Part shown: one piece after another, positions 32,418-42,237 of the stretch
How the letters are laid out: every line of letters starts with the position of its first letter
How positions within the stretch are numbered: the stretch's first letter is position 1
Source of the DNA: an uncultured Rubrivirga sp.
GTDB lineage: Bacteria; Actinomycetota; Actinomycetes; S36-B12
Reading direction: 5' to 3'
Assembly: GCA_964550285.1 (NCBI GenBank)
Contig: CAZJYN010000003.1
Span: 11,192-69,441 of the forward strand
DNA length: 58,250 nt
The notes under the pieces: model-generated
What the model saw: the letters and a program-made list of their open reading frames with translations, nothing else
Told to the model about the DNA's origin: nothing
Databases searched by the model: none
Position numbers and translations under genes: made by a program

Positions 32418-33734
32418 GTGAGCAACGAGTGGCCGCCTCCTGACGCTGGGCGGGAAGGTCCGCAGGGACCACCGCCGCCGCAGAACCCGCAGGGCCCGCA
32501 GGGCCCGCTGTACCCGCAGGGCCCCCAGAACCCGCAGTACCCGCAGTTCGCCCGCTACGGCGCGGTCCCGGGTACCCCCTCGTCCAGCCCCGCGCCCCCG
32601 GCTTCCCCGCCGCCCCCCTCGGCGCACCGACGCCGCAAAGGGGTGGGAGTCCTCGGCGTGATCGTGATCGCGACGATCGTCTCGCTGATCGTCGGCACCT
32701 TCGCCGGCCTCGCCGGGTACGTGATCGGTCGAACGGTCGACTCCAACCCCGCGACCACCGCCGTGGCTGCGCTGCCCGAGCCGTCCTCGGTGGCCGTCGA
32801 TCCGCTCCCGCCGGACCAAATCCCGGAGTCGATCACCGAGATGGTGGGCAATGTGTTGCCTAGCGTGGTTTCCATCGCGATCGAAAACGGTGGTGACCAA
32901 GGCAGTGGGTCGGGCTTCGTGATCCGCCCGGATGGCTACATCCTCACCAACAACCATGTCGCGGCTCCGGCCGCCGATGGCGGCTCCTTGGTTGTCTTCT
33001 TCGAAGACGGTGCCAGTGCCGAGGCTGAGATCGTCGGCCGGAACTCCTCGTATGACCTCGCGGTCTTGAAGGTCGACGCGGAGGATCTGCCCATCGTGGC
33101 CCTCGGCAACTCCGACCAGGTGAACGTCGGCGATCTCGCCGTCGCCATCGGTGCACCGCTGGGCCTCGAGGGGACGGTTACCTCCGGGATCATCTCCTCG
33201 CGGGATCGCCCGGTTACGGCCGGAGGTCGCGGTGAACTCGCCTACATCAACGCCATCCAGACCGATGCCGCCATCAATCCCGGCAACTCCGGTGGACCCC
33301 TACTCAACAGCGCGGGACAGGTGATCGGCATCAACTCCGCGATCGCCACGCTCGCCCCGTCGTTCAGCGGCGAAGCCGGTTCGATCGGGCTCGGCTTCGC
33401 GATCCCGGTGAACTCCGCGCGTCGTATCGCCGAGGAGATAATCCAAACCGGTGAATCGGAGACGCCCGTCATCGGCGTCACACTCGATACGACCTACACC
33501 GATGGTGGATCGCGGATCAGCGAAGTCTCGCCGGGTGGTCCGGCGGATGCTGCGGGACTGCGTTCTGGCGACGTCATCAGGTCACTGCAGGGCCGGGAGA
33601 CCACCGACTCCACCGAACTCGTCGTCGCGATCCGCAGTTACGCACCGGGTGACACCGTGCAACTGGAGTTCGAGCGTGGAGGTCAAACGCAGAGAGTCGA
33701 TTTGATCCTCGGTGGATCGCAGGACATCGGCTGA
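32418..33734 (+). CDS. htrA: HtrA-like serine protease (TM, trypsin, PDZ)
   Basis: TNNHV, DLAVLK, IQTDAAINPGNSGGPL, C-terminal PDZ; Pro/Gln-rich N-tail; SD GGAAGG. Confidence 0.93.
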   Translation: MSNEWPPPDAGREGPQGPPPPQNPQGPQGPLYPQGPQNPQYPQFARYGAVPGTPSSSPAPPASPPPPSAHRRRKGVGVLGVIVIATIVSLIVGTFAGLAGYVIGRTVDSNPATTAVAALPEPSSVAVDPLPPDQIPESITEMVGNVLPSVVSIAIENGGDQGSGSGFVIRPDGYILTNNHVAAPAADGGSLVVFFEDGASAEAEIVGRNSSYDLAVLKVDAEDLPIVALGNSDQVNVGDLAVAIGAPLGLEGTVTSGIISSRDRPVTAGGRGELAYINAIQTDAAINPGNSGGPLLNSAGQVIGINSAIATLAPSFSGEAGSIGLGFAIPVNSARRIAEEIIQTGESETPVIGVTLDTTYTDGGSRISEVSPGGPADAAGLRSGDVIRSLQGRETTDSTELVVAIRSYAPGDTVQLEFERGGQTQRVDLILGGSQDIG

Positions 33735-33735
33735 C

Positions 33736-34095
33736 ATGTTCGATATCGGCATCGGTGAGTTGTTGGCACTGGCGGTGATCGGTCTTCTCATCTTCGGCCC
33801 GGAGCGCTTGCCCAAAGCCGCCGCCGATGCCGGCCGATGGATACGCCAGATGCGCGAGATGGCCACCAACGCGCGCAAGGAACTGTCCGATTCCGCGGGT
33901 GTGGACTTCTCCGGTGCGATGGATAGCGTGCGGGAATTCCGGGACCTGCATCCCAAGAACCTTGCCGCGAGTGTGTTCGACGACGACTCCGACGACGCCA
34001 CCGATTCGAAGAAGACATCCCAACCGCGCGACAGTGCAACCGACGCCGGAAGCAGACAACAACCGCGGCAGTCCTTCGATCCGGATCTGAGCTGA
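33736..34095 (+). CDS. tatB: Sec-independent translocase subunit TatB
   Basis: MFDIGIGEL..LAVIGLLIFGPERLP, amphipathic helix. Confidence 0.93.
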   Translation: MFDIGIGELLALAVIGLLIFGPERLPKAAADAGRWIRQMREMATNARKELSDSAGVDFSGAMDSVREFRDLHPKNLAASVFDDDSDDATDSKKTSQPRDSATDAGSRQQPRQSFDPDLS

Positions 34096-34113
34096 CCGAG
34101 CGCGAACCCACCG

Positions 34114-35253
34114 TCAGCCGGTGGGCGAGATTCCCAACTGCATTCCGGTAAGACCTCGAGGTTTGCTCGCCAGCAACTGTGCGACCTCCGACAACGCGAT
34201 GCTCGCAGGGGCTTCCGGCTGGGCGAGCACGAGTGGCTCGCCCTTGTCGCCACCTTCGCGTAGCCGTGGGTCGAAGGGGATGCGACCGAGCACGGGGACA
34301 TCCTTTCCCAACACATTGCTGAGTTGCTCGGCGACGAGGTCACCACCGCCGACTCCGAAGAGATCGAGTGGTTCCCCGCAATGCGGGCACGGGAACGAGC
34401 TCATGTTCTCCACGACACCGAGGACCTTTTGGTGGGTTTGCTCGGCAAGGGTTCCGGCGCGGACGGCGACGTCCGAGGAACCGAGTTGCGGTGTCGTGAC
34501 GACGACGAGTTCAGCGTGCGGCAGCAGCTGTGCGGTCGAGATCGCGATATCGCCGGTGCCGGGCGGGAGATCGAGCAGCAAGACATCGAGGTCCCCCCAC
34601 CAGACGTCCGACAAGAACTGCTCGAGCGCCCGGTGCAGCATCGGTCCACGGAAGGCGACGGGTGTCTCGACGCCACCAGGCTTGAATGGCAGCATCGAGA
34701 TGACCCGCACTCCGTGGGCCTGCGGTGGCATCAGCATGCCTTCGACCATCGTGGGCGGGTTCGTGGCGCCGAGGATGCGCGGAATGGAGTGACCGTAGAC
34801 GTCGGCGTCCAACAAGCCGACGGTCATGCCGCGACTCGCAAGGGAAACCGCGAGATTCGCGGTCACCGAGGACTTGCCGACACCGCCCTTGCCCGAGGCG
34901 ATCGCGAAGATCTTCGTGGTCGAACCGGCCTGGGTGAACGGGATTTCCCGTTGATCGTGACCGCGAAGGGTCTTTTTCAATTCGGCGCGTTGTTCATCGC
35001 TCATCACATCGAGGTGCACGTCCACCTTGGAGACATCAGGCACCTTCATGACCGCGTCGATCACCCGGTCGGTGATGGTTCCGCGCATCGGACAGCCTTC
35101 GACGGTCAGGTAGACCCCGACCTCGACGACGCCTCCCTTGCGGATGTCGACGCTTTTGAGCATCCCGATCTCGGTTATCGGACGGTTAATCTCAGGGTCG
35201 TTGACGGTTGCGAGTGCTTCGCGGATTGCGGACTCTTCTGGTTTGGCGGCCAT
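34114..35253 (-). CDS. mrp: Mrp/NBP35 Fe-S carrier ATPase
   Basis: VNDPEI, LTVEGCPM, ASGKGGVGKSSV, DLPPGTGD, CPHC. Confidence 0.95.
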   Translation of the reverse strand: MAAKPEESAIREALATVNDPEINRPITEIGMLKSVDIRKGGVVEVGVYLTVEGCPMRGTITDRVIDAVMKVPDVSKVDVHLDVMSDEQRAELKKTLRGHDQREIPFTQAGSTTKIFAIASGKGGVGKSSVTANLAVSLASRGMTVGLLDADVYGHSIPRILGATNPPTMVEGMLMPPQAHGVRVISMLPFKPGGVETPVAFRGPMLHRALEQFLSDVWWGDLDVLLLDLPPGTGDIAISTAQLLPHAELVVVTTPQLGSSDVAVRAGTLAEQTHQKVLGVVENMSSFPCPHCGEPLDLFGVGGGDLVAEQLSNVLGKDVPVLGRIPFDPRLREGGDKGEPLVLAQPEAPASIALSEVAQLLASKPRGLTGMQLGISPTG

Positions 35254-35273
35254 TCTCGGATGCTAGACCCGCA

Positions 35274-35822
35274 CTACCGCGCAGTTGAACCCCCATCGGG
35301 GTCGCTGTCCTGCGTGAGACGACCTTCGATCCCATCGAGTCGCTCGAGCACCTGTTCCAAAGTCTCGCGCAACTCGCTGCGGACGAAATCCCGAGTTGCC
35401 ATATCCCCGAGGGAAGAGCGAAGCGATGCGACTTCGCGCGCTAGGTAGTCGCTGTCGGCGAGCATCCGTTCGTTACGCGCACGGTCCTCTTGGTATTGCA
35501 CCCGGTCCCGATCCGTTTGCCGATTTTGGGCGAGCAGGATCAACGGGGCGGCGTAGGAGGCCTGCAAGGACAACAGCAGGGTCAAGAAGATGAACGGGTA
35601 GGTATCGGGGCGGATCTGCTCGGGAGCGAAGATATTGAAGGACAGCCACGCGATGATGACCAAGGACATCCACGCGATGAAGGCCCAGGATCCGATGTAA
35701 CGAGCCACGCGTTCGGATAGTCGCCCGAAACGTTCGGAGTCATACGCCGGACGGATTCCCCGGGTGCTCTCGATTGGCTGATCGAGTCGCATCTCGCCGC
35801 TGCGCCGGCGCCCGCTAGCCAT
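35274..35822 (-). CDS. DUF1003 membrane protein
   Basis: YIGSWAFI, DTYPFIFLTLLLSLQASYAAPLILLAQNRQ. Confidence 0.92.
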   Translation of the reverse strand: MASGRRRSGEMRLDQPIESTRGIRPAYDSERFGRLSERVARYIGSWAFIAWMSLVIIAWLSFNIFAPEQIRPDTYPFIFLTLLLSLQASYAAPLILLAQNRQTDRDRVQYQEDRARNERMLADSDYLAREVASLRSSLGDMATRDFVRSELRETLEQVLERLDGIEGRLTQDSDPDGGSTAR

Positions 35823-37059
35823 TGCCCACTTCCTCGCGCCAGTCCTCCGGCAGCATGTGATCGACGACATCGTCGATCGTTACCGCCCCCAGGAGGTGGT
35901 CGTCCTCATCGATGACAGGTAGGGCGACGATGTTGTAGGCCGCGAAGTTTCGCGTGACGTCTCCGAGGGGAGTGTCCGGCCGGACGGCGTTGATGGTCGT
36001 GTCCACTAAGGATGAAACCAAGGTGGAGGGCGGCTCGCGCAGTAGTCGTTGGAAGTGGCAGGTGCCGAGGTATCGCCCGGTGGGTGTTTCGGTGGGTGGT
36101 CGGCAGATGAACACCTGCGCTGCGAGTGCCGGCGGTAGGTCGGGGTTGCGAATACTCGCTAGTGCTTCGGCGACCGAGGCATCGGGCGCGAGCACTACGG
36201 GTTCGGTCGTCATCATGCCGCCGGCGGAGAAGTCGTCGTAGGCCAGCAGTCGACGGATGTCGTCCGCCTCATCGGGTTCCATCTCCTCGAGCAGGTACTC
36301 GGCCTGCTCGGGAGGAAGATCGGAGATGAGGTCCGCGGCGTCTCCGGGATCCATTTCCTCTAGGACATCGGCAGCGCGTTCGCGATCGAGCGCTTGCATG
36401 ATCTCCACACGATCGTCGTCGATGAGTTCCTCGAGCACGTCGGCTAAGCGCTCGTCGTCGAGTTCCCGGGCTACTTCCAATCGTCGTTTGGGAACCAGAT
36501 TGTGCAACAACGACGCTACGTCGGCTGGGCGTAGCTGGTCGAGGGTCGCGAGCAGTTGCTCAGCGGGTTGGGCTTCCTCGGGCAGTGACATACCCGATAC
36601 CTCGGGCCATTCGACCAAGAAGCGCTCACCGCGCCGGCGCAGACCCGACCCACCGCGCTTGACGAACAGCGAGTCGACCAGCCACTCACGACTCTTGGTC
36701 TGGGCTACGCCGATATCGACGACCTGCACGCGCTCGCCGGAGTCGCGCAGCGTGATGGATCGATCCAGCAACTCGGCGGTGGCGAGGGATTCGTTTCGTC
36801 GTTGTTCGAATCTGCGTAGGTTGACGGTTCCGGAGACGACTACCTGACCGGCATCTATGGCCGTCACCTTGGTCATCGGTACGAATATGCGTCGCCGGGG
36901 TGGCACCTCGACCACCAGGCCGGTCAGCCGCGGTGCGTTGCCACCGATGCGCAGCACGACCACCGCATCGCGCACCTTGCCCATCTGATCGCCTTGGGTG
37001 TCGAAGACCCCCAGCCCGGCCAAGCGGGCCAGGAATAGGCGAGAAGTGGTGGTCGTCAC
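35815..37059 (-). CDS. Soluble MgtE intracellular/CBS domain protein (no TM pore)
   Basis: N-terminal PRC-barrel-like segment, acidic MgtE_N repeats (LEEMDPGDAAD), AGGMMTTE, CBS pair ending GAVTIDDV. Confidence 0.88.
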   Translation of the reverse strand: MTTTTSRLFLARLAGLGVFDTQGDQMGKVRDAVVVLRIGGNAPRLTGLVVEVPPRRRIFVPMTKVTAIDAGQVVVSGTVNLRRFEQRRNESLATAELLDRSITLRDSGERVQVVDIGVAQTKSREWLVDSLFVKRGGSGLRRRGERFLVEWPEVSGMSLPEEAQPAEQLLATLDQLRPADVASLLHNLVPKRRLEVARELDDERLADVLEELIDDDRVEIMQALDRERAADVLEEMDPGDAADLISDLPPEQAEYLLEEMEPDEADDIRRLLAYDDFSAGGMMTTEPVVLAPDASVAEALASIRNPDLPPALAAQVFICRPPTETPTGRYLGTCHFQRLLREPPSTLVSSLVDTTINAVRPDTPLGDVTRNFAAYNIVALPVIDEDDHLLGAVTIDDVVDHMLPEDWREEVGNG

Positions 37060-37114
37060 GCCCGGAAGGCTACCGTCGCGCTTCGACGTTACCCGTGTAT
37101 AAGGAGGCAGCAGG

Positions 37115-38065
37115 GTGGCAGAGCAGCCGCGGCAGCCGCCCCACGGCCCATCCGGCCTCACGCGACCGGCCAACGTCGACCTCGCACGCCTCGGGATAGC
37201 CGTGGTGTTCATTTCGCTAAGCGGGCCGATGATCGCGGCTACGGCGGCGCCGGCACTTGCGATCGCTTTCTGGCGCTGTTTGATCGGCAGCGGCTTGACG
37301 GGAATATGGGTCGGGCTGCGTCAGCGCACGCAATTGGCCCAGTTGACCCGTCGGGAACTGCGGCTGACCGCACTCGCGGGCTTGTTCCTTGGATTGCACT
37401 TCGCCACCTGGATTCCCTCGCTCACGATGACGACGATCGCGGCCTCGACCGCCTTGGTAGCCACCCAGCCGATCTGGGCTGCCTTCATCGCGCGTGCCAG
37501 CGGAGTGCGGATCGAGCGGCGAGTCTGGGTGGGCATCACGATCGCGTTCAGCGGCGTCATCGTCTTGACGGGCGTGGACCTCTCGGTGGATCCGCAGCAC
37601 CTCGTGGGTGATGCGCTCGCGCTGGTCGGCGCGATCTTCGCTGCCGCCTATGTCTCCGTTGCCGAGCGTGTGCGGCAAACAGTCGATACCTCGACCATGA
37701 CGTTCGTGCTGTACGCGGTCTCGGCCGTGACGATCTTGCCGCTTGTCTTCTTATTCGGTGAAGCCCTGGTGGGATTCGATACCCGCGCCTGGTTGTTGAT
37801 TTTGGCGGTCACCCTGGGGGCCCAGTTACTCGGACACTCCATGATGAACAAGGTGCTCTCGAGTACTTCCGCGACTGTCGTCTCGCTGGCGATCTTGTTC
37901 GAGATGCCCGGGGCCACCATCGTGGCGGCCATCTGGCTCGGGCAGGTACCACCGCTCGCGCTGTTGCCGGCGGCCGCACTCATCTTGATCGGTTTAGCGA
38001 TCGTTATCCGCTCCGCCGATCGACGCCCGGGCCCGGCGACGATTACCGAGACTTCGCCGATTTGA
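37115..38065 (+). CDS. DMT/EamA family transporter
   Basis: About 10 TM helices, AIAFWR, GLHFATW, GDALAL, QLLGH. Confidence 0.88.
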   Translation: MAEQPRQPPHGPSGLTRPANVDLARLGIAVVFISLSGPMIAATAAPALAIAFWRCLIGSGLTGIWVGLRQRTQLAQLTRRELRLTALAGLFLGLHFATWIPSLTMTTIAASTALVATQPIWAAFIARASGVRIERRVWVGITIAFSGVIVLTGVDLSVDPQHLVGDALALVGAIFAAAYVSVAERVRQTVDTSTMTFVLYAVSAVTILPLVFLFGEALVGFDTRAWLLILAVTLGAQLLGHSMMNKVLSSTSATVVSLAILFEMPGATIVAAIWLGQVPPLALLPAAALILIGLAIVIRSADRRPGPATITETSPI

Positions 38066-39272
38066 GGACTGCGCTCAGGGGTAGCAAGGCAACTGCCGCG
38101 AGGACCGCGATGCCTACGCCCCAGGCGATACCGGCACCGTCTGCGATGGCACCGACCGCTAGCGGCGCAACCACGAAGCCGGCCCGGGAAAGCCAACTCA
38201 ATGTCGAGACGCCGGTTGCCGGCTTGATGCCCGGCAAGTGGGCTACGGCACGCATTGCCGCCGGGAACAGTGTGGCAACGCCGAAGCCGGTAACGGCGCA
38301 TCCGATGATGAAGGCCCACGCCGAGCCGATCATCAGCGATCCGCCGAGTGTGACGGCGGTAGCCGTCATGGCGATGCGTGTCCAGGTTCGTTCGCCGATG
38401 GCATCCACGATCCGATCACCGAGGAAGCGTCCCGCGGTCATCGCGACACTGAATGCCACGTAGCCCCAGCCCACGAAGCGCTCTGGAGTACCGATCTCCG
38501 TTAAGTAGATCGAACTCCATCGCCCGGGGATGTCCTCGATCATCACCGCGAGGATGATGAAGGCGCCCAGCGCCCAGATGATCGGTCTGGCGATCACGCG
38601 GCGACTGGCCGCGATCGAGGGTGGTGGAGCCATGAACGACGACGGATCAGCGTTCGCGGACTCGATCCGTTCGACATCGTGAGCGGCGCCGGCCGGTGTG
38701 TCCTCGTCCAGGAACGATTCAGGATCCTTGCCGGCAAGCAGCCAGCGACGAGTGCTGAAGACCAGCACTGCGCACAGCACAGACACCAGAGCCAGGCTCC
38801 AGGCGAGTGGCAGTCCTATCGCAGCGGTGGTTACTCCGATGAGTCCACCGGCCACCGTTCCCAGGGACCAGTAGCCATGGAAGGTGTTCAGGATGGATCG
38901 CCGAACACCATGTTGCACCCGCATGGCGTGCGAGTTCATCGCAGCATCCATGACGGCATCCAACGCGCCGATCACCAACAGTACGAACGCGAAGACCCAC
39001 AGCCCATCGGCGAGGCCGATCAGCGGTAGCACCGGCAGGATCGCGACGAGGGAGAGGACCGCGACAGTGTTGCTCCCCAAGCGGCCGATCAGCGGGCCCG
39101 CGAGGATCCCCGCGGCCACTCCTCCGACCGCGCCTGCGGTGAGCGCGAGACCGATGTCGAAATCGGTAAGTGCCAAGTCGATCTGTATTTCCGCCAGGCG
39201 CGGCAGCCACGCACTCAAGGTGAGTGCATTGACGAAGAACAGCACCGAGACCGCGATGCGGGCACGCTGCAT
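38043..39272 (-). CDS. MFS transporter
   Basis: About 12 TM helices, WLPRLAEI, GRLGS and GRFLGDR loop motifs, DAAMNSH. Confidence 0.88.
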   Translation of the reverse strand: MQRARIAVSVLFFVNALTLSAWLPRLAEIQIDLALTDFDIGLALTAGAVGGVAAGILAGPLIGRLGSNTVAVLSLVAILPVLPLIGLADGLWVFAFVLLVIGALDAVMDAAMNSHAMRVQHGVRRSILNTFHGYWSLGTVAGGLIGVTTAAIGLPLAWSLALVSVLCAVLVFSTRRWLLAGKDPESFLDEDTPAGAAHDVERIESANADPSSFMAPPPSIAASRRVIARPIIWALGAFIILAVMIEDIPGRWSSIYLTEIGTPERFVGWGYVAFSVAMTAGRFLGDRIVDAIGERTWTRIAMTATAVTLGGSLMIGSAWAFIIGCAVTGFGVATLFPAAMRAVAHLPGIKPATGVSTLSWLSRAGFVVAPLAVGAIADGAGIAWGVGIAVLAAVALLPLSAVLKSAKSR

Positions 39273-39356
39273 TCGATGAACCGACGGATCCACCCGATGA
39301 ACCTAGGGCATGTTCGATGGATCGTGGATAGGCTCGAGGCGTCGAAAGGAGCGGGA

Positions 39357-40322
39357 ATGAACCACAGCGCGCGCGAGGTACGAAGCCGTCGATCCAACCT
39401 CGCGGTACCTGGCTCGAGCACCAAGATGCTGGAGAAGGCGAAGGGTCTACCCGCCGATCAGGTCTTCATGGACATCGAAGATGCAGTAGCACCGCTCGCC
39501 AAGCCCGATGCCCGCAAGAACATCGTGGCCGCACTGAATGAGGGCGGCTACGACGGCAAGGTGCGGTCGGTTCGCGTCAATGACTGGACCACCGAGTGGA
39601 CGTACGCCGACGTGATCGAGGTCGTCTCGGGTGCTGGTGCGAATCTTGACTGCATCATGTTGCCGAAGGTCCAGGGCCCCGAACAGATCCAGGCGCTGGA
39701 CATGTTGCTCACCCAAATCGAGAAGTCCGAGGGACTCGAAGTCGGTCGCATCGGGATCGAGGCGCAGATCGAGAATGCGATGGGACTGATCAAGGTCGAC
39801 GAAATCGCTGCCGCGAGCCCGCGGGTTGAAACGATCATCTTCGGCCCGGCGGACTTCATGGCGAGCATCAACATGAAGTCGCTCGTCGTAGGTGAGCAGC
39901 CGCCGGGTTACGACGTCGGCGACGCCTATCACTACATCTTGATGCGGATCCTGATGGCAGCTCGCGCCTACGACAAGCAAGCTATCGATGGCCCGTACCT
40001 GCAGATCAAGGACACCGACGGCTACAAGCGGGTAGCCGGGCGAAGCGCGGCGCTCGGCTTCGACGGCAAGTGGGTGCTGCATCCGGGGCAGATCGATGTC
40101 GCGAACGAGGTGTTCTCGCCAACGCAGGACGATTACGAGCACGCGGAGCTGATTTTGGATGCCTACGAGTGGTACACCTCGGCCGAAGGTGGGGCGCGCG
40201 GCGCGGCGATGCTCGGCGACGAGATGATCGACGAGGCCAGCCGGAAGATGGCCCTGGTCATCTCGGGCAAGGGGAGGGCTGCTGGCATGCAGCGCACGCA
40301 GACCTTCACGCCACCTGAGTAG
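39357..40322 (+). CDS. CoA ester lyase (HpcH/CitE family; malyl-CoA/beta-methylmalyl-CoA lyase-like)
   Basis: RRSNLAVPGS, MDIEDAV, VRVN, QIE, FGPADF, GFDGKWVLHPGQ; SD AAAGGAG. Confidence 0.88.
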   Translation: MNHSAREVRSRRSNLAVPGSSTKMLEKAKGLPADQVFMDIEDAVAPLAKPDARKNIVAALNEGGYDGKVRSVRVNDWTTEWTYADVIEVVSGAGANLDCIMLPKVQGPEQIQALDMLLTQIEKSEGLEVGRIGIEAQIENAMGLIKVDEIAAASPRVETIIFGPADFMASINMKSLVVGEQPPGYDVGDAYHYILMRILMAARAYDKQAIDGPYLQIKDTDGYKRVAGRSAALGFDGKWVLHPGQIDVANEVFSPTQDDYEHAELILDAYEWYTSAEGGARGAAMLGDEMIDEASRKMALVISGKGRAAGMQRTQTFTPPE

Positions 40323-40332
40323 TCGAGCGCTC

Positions 40333-40920
40333 ATGGATCGAAGAGCGGCCAGTGCCTTGCTGGGTATTGGCCCTGATGCAGATCCCCACCAGGTGCGCAG
40401 TGCTTGGCGGGTGTGGGCTCGGGTGGCCCACCCCGATGCCGGTGGCGATCCGGCCCACTTTCGCGAACTGGTTCGAGCGCGCGATGTGCTGCTCGAAGGA
40501 AGCATCCCGGTGCCCGTTGCCATGCCGGATCCAAAACCACGGGCCAGTTTGCGCACTGTGTGTCGCTATCCGGATCGAGCGGCGTTGGCATGGATCGCGG
40601 CGGCCTACCTGATTGCACTGGCGGTGCCGGTGATCGGCCTCGTGGTGCCCACGTGGCTCGCCGCCGGCGTCATGGGTGGATTCGGTGCTTTCGCGGCGGG
40701 GGTGGCGACCCGCCTCCTCCTCCAGCGCGAAGCCGACGTCGGCCATCGCATCGCTACCTTGGCGCTCGCCTGGATCCCGCTCACGCTTGGTCAGGTCGTC
40801 GTTTCCTCGGCGCTAGCGGTGCCGGTACTCACGGTCCTGCCCGTACTCGTCCTGCCTTTCGCGGTGGCCGTTGCGATGGTGAATCCTGGGGCGGGCCTGT
40901 GGCGACCGGTTTCCTCTTAG
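40333..40920 (+). CDS. J-domain protein with C-terminal TM helices
   Basis: LLGIGPDAD..VRSAWR....AHPDAGGDPAHFRELVRARDVL followed by about 4 hydrophobic helices. Confidence 0.72.
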   Translation: MDRRAASALLGIGPDADPHQVRSAWRVWARVAHPDAGGDPAHFRELVRARDVLLEGSIPVPVAMPDPKPRASLRTVCRYPDRAALAWIAAAYLIALAVPVIGLVVPTWLAAGVMGGFGAFAAGVATRLLLQREADVGHRIATLALAWIPLTLGQVVVSSALAVPVLTVLPVLVLPFAVAVAMVNPGAGLWRPVSS

Positions 40921-41031
40921 CCGCATCCTGACGCGCTGTCCGGGCGCGATGGCGCCGATGGCGTTAGCATCTCAAACACGCTGTGGTGGGCCGAGAAGGC
41001 AGATCTCGGACGACCTGTACGGAGGGGCATT

Positions 41032-42237
41032 ATGGGGCGCTTGTTGCAGACCGACGGATTGAACCAGGACCAAAAGGACATTCTCGCGGGCATCCGCGAG
41101 TTCGTCGATGCCGAGATTATCCCGGTAGCCGGGGATCTCGAGCACAACGACGAGTACCCCAAGGACATCGTCGACGGATTGAAAGAACTCGGCGTCTTCG
41201 GCTTGATGATCCCCGAGGAGTACGGCGGCCTAGGCCAGTCGTTGCTCACCTACGCCCTCGTGGTCGAGGAGATCGCGCGCGGTTGGATGAGTGTCAGCGG
41301 CGTTATCAACACGCACTTCATCGTCTCGCACATGGTGCTGCATCACGGCACGGAAGAGCAAAAGCAGCACTACCTGCCCAAGATGGCCGAAGGTGAGATT
41401 CGCGGCGCCTTCAGCATGACCGAACCAGAATGCGGATCGGACGTATCGGCAATCACCAGCAAGGCGGTGGCCGATGGTGATGACTACCTGCTGACAGGCC
41501 AGAAGATGTGGCTGACGAACGGCGGATCCTCGAACTTGGTCGCGGTGCTCGTCAAGACCGACAACGCCGCACCGCAGGACGCCAGCGTCTACAAGCGAAT
41601 GTCCACGTTCCTCATCGACAAGCCGGAGGGTTTCGGCGAGGTGCGTGAAGGCCTGACCATCCCGGGGAAGATCGAAAAGATGGGCTACAAGGGAGTCGAC
41701 ACCACCGAGTTGGTGATGGATGGTCTCCGGCTGCCCGCCAGTGCGATCCTCGGCGGGGAACCCGGCAAGGGTTTCTACCAGATGATGGACGGCGTGGAGG
41801 TCGGGCGCGTCAACGTAGCCGCTCGGGCCTGCGGCCTCGCCCTGCGTGCGTTCGAACTCGGCATCGAGTACGCCCAGCAGCGAGTCACCTTCGGCAAGCA
41901 GATCAGCGAGCATCAGGCCGTCGCCTTCCGGCTCGCCGACATGGCCACCAAGGTCGAGGCCGCCCACCAGATGATGGTGATGGCCGCACGGACCAAGGAC
42001 AACGGCGAGCGAAACGACCTCGAGGCCGGCATGGCCAAGTACCTCGCGAGTGAGTACTGCAAGGAGGTGGTCGAGGACTCCTTCCGGATCCATGGCGGTT
42101 ACGGCTACTCCAAGGAGTACGAGATCGAACGGCTCTACCGCGAGGCGCCGATGTTGATGATCGGCGAGGGCACGGCCGATATTCAGAAGATGATCGTGGC
42201 TCGTCGGCTGCTCGAGGACTACAAGATCCGCACCTGA
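41032..42237 (+). CDS. Acyl-CoA dehydrogenase (methylsuccinyl-CoA dehydrogenase-like)
   Basis: FSMTEP..GSD, GQKMWLTNG, KMGYKG, QRVTFGK, HGGYGY, IGEGTADIQ. Confidence 0.92.
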   Translation: MGRLLQTDGLNQDQKDILAGIREFVDAEIIPVAGDLEHNDEYPKDIVDGLKELGVFGLMIPEEYGGLGQSLLTYALVVEEIARGWMSVSGVINTHFIVSHMVLHHGTEEQKQHYLPKMAEGEIRGAFSMTEPECGSDVSAITSKAVADGDDYLLTGQKMWLTNGGSSNLVAVLVKTDNAAPQDASVYKRMSTFLIDKPEGFGEVREGLTIPGKIEKMGYKGVDTTELVMDGLRLPASAILGGEPGKGFYQMMDGVEVGRVNVAARACGLALRAFELGIEYAQQRVTFGKQISEHQAVAFRLADMATKVEAAHQMMVMAARTKDNGERNDLEAGMAKYLASEYCKEVVEDSFRIHGGYGYSKEYEIERLYREAPMLMIGEGTADIQKMIVARRLLEDYKIRT

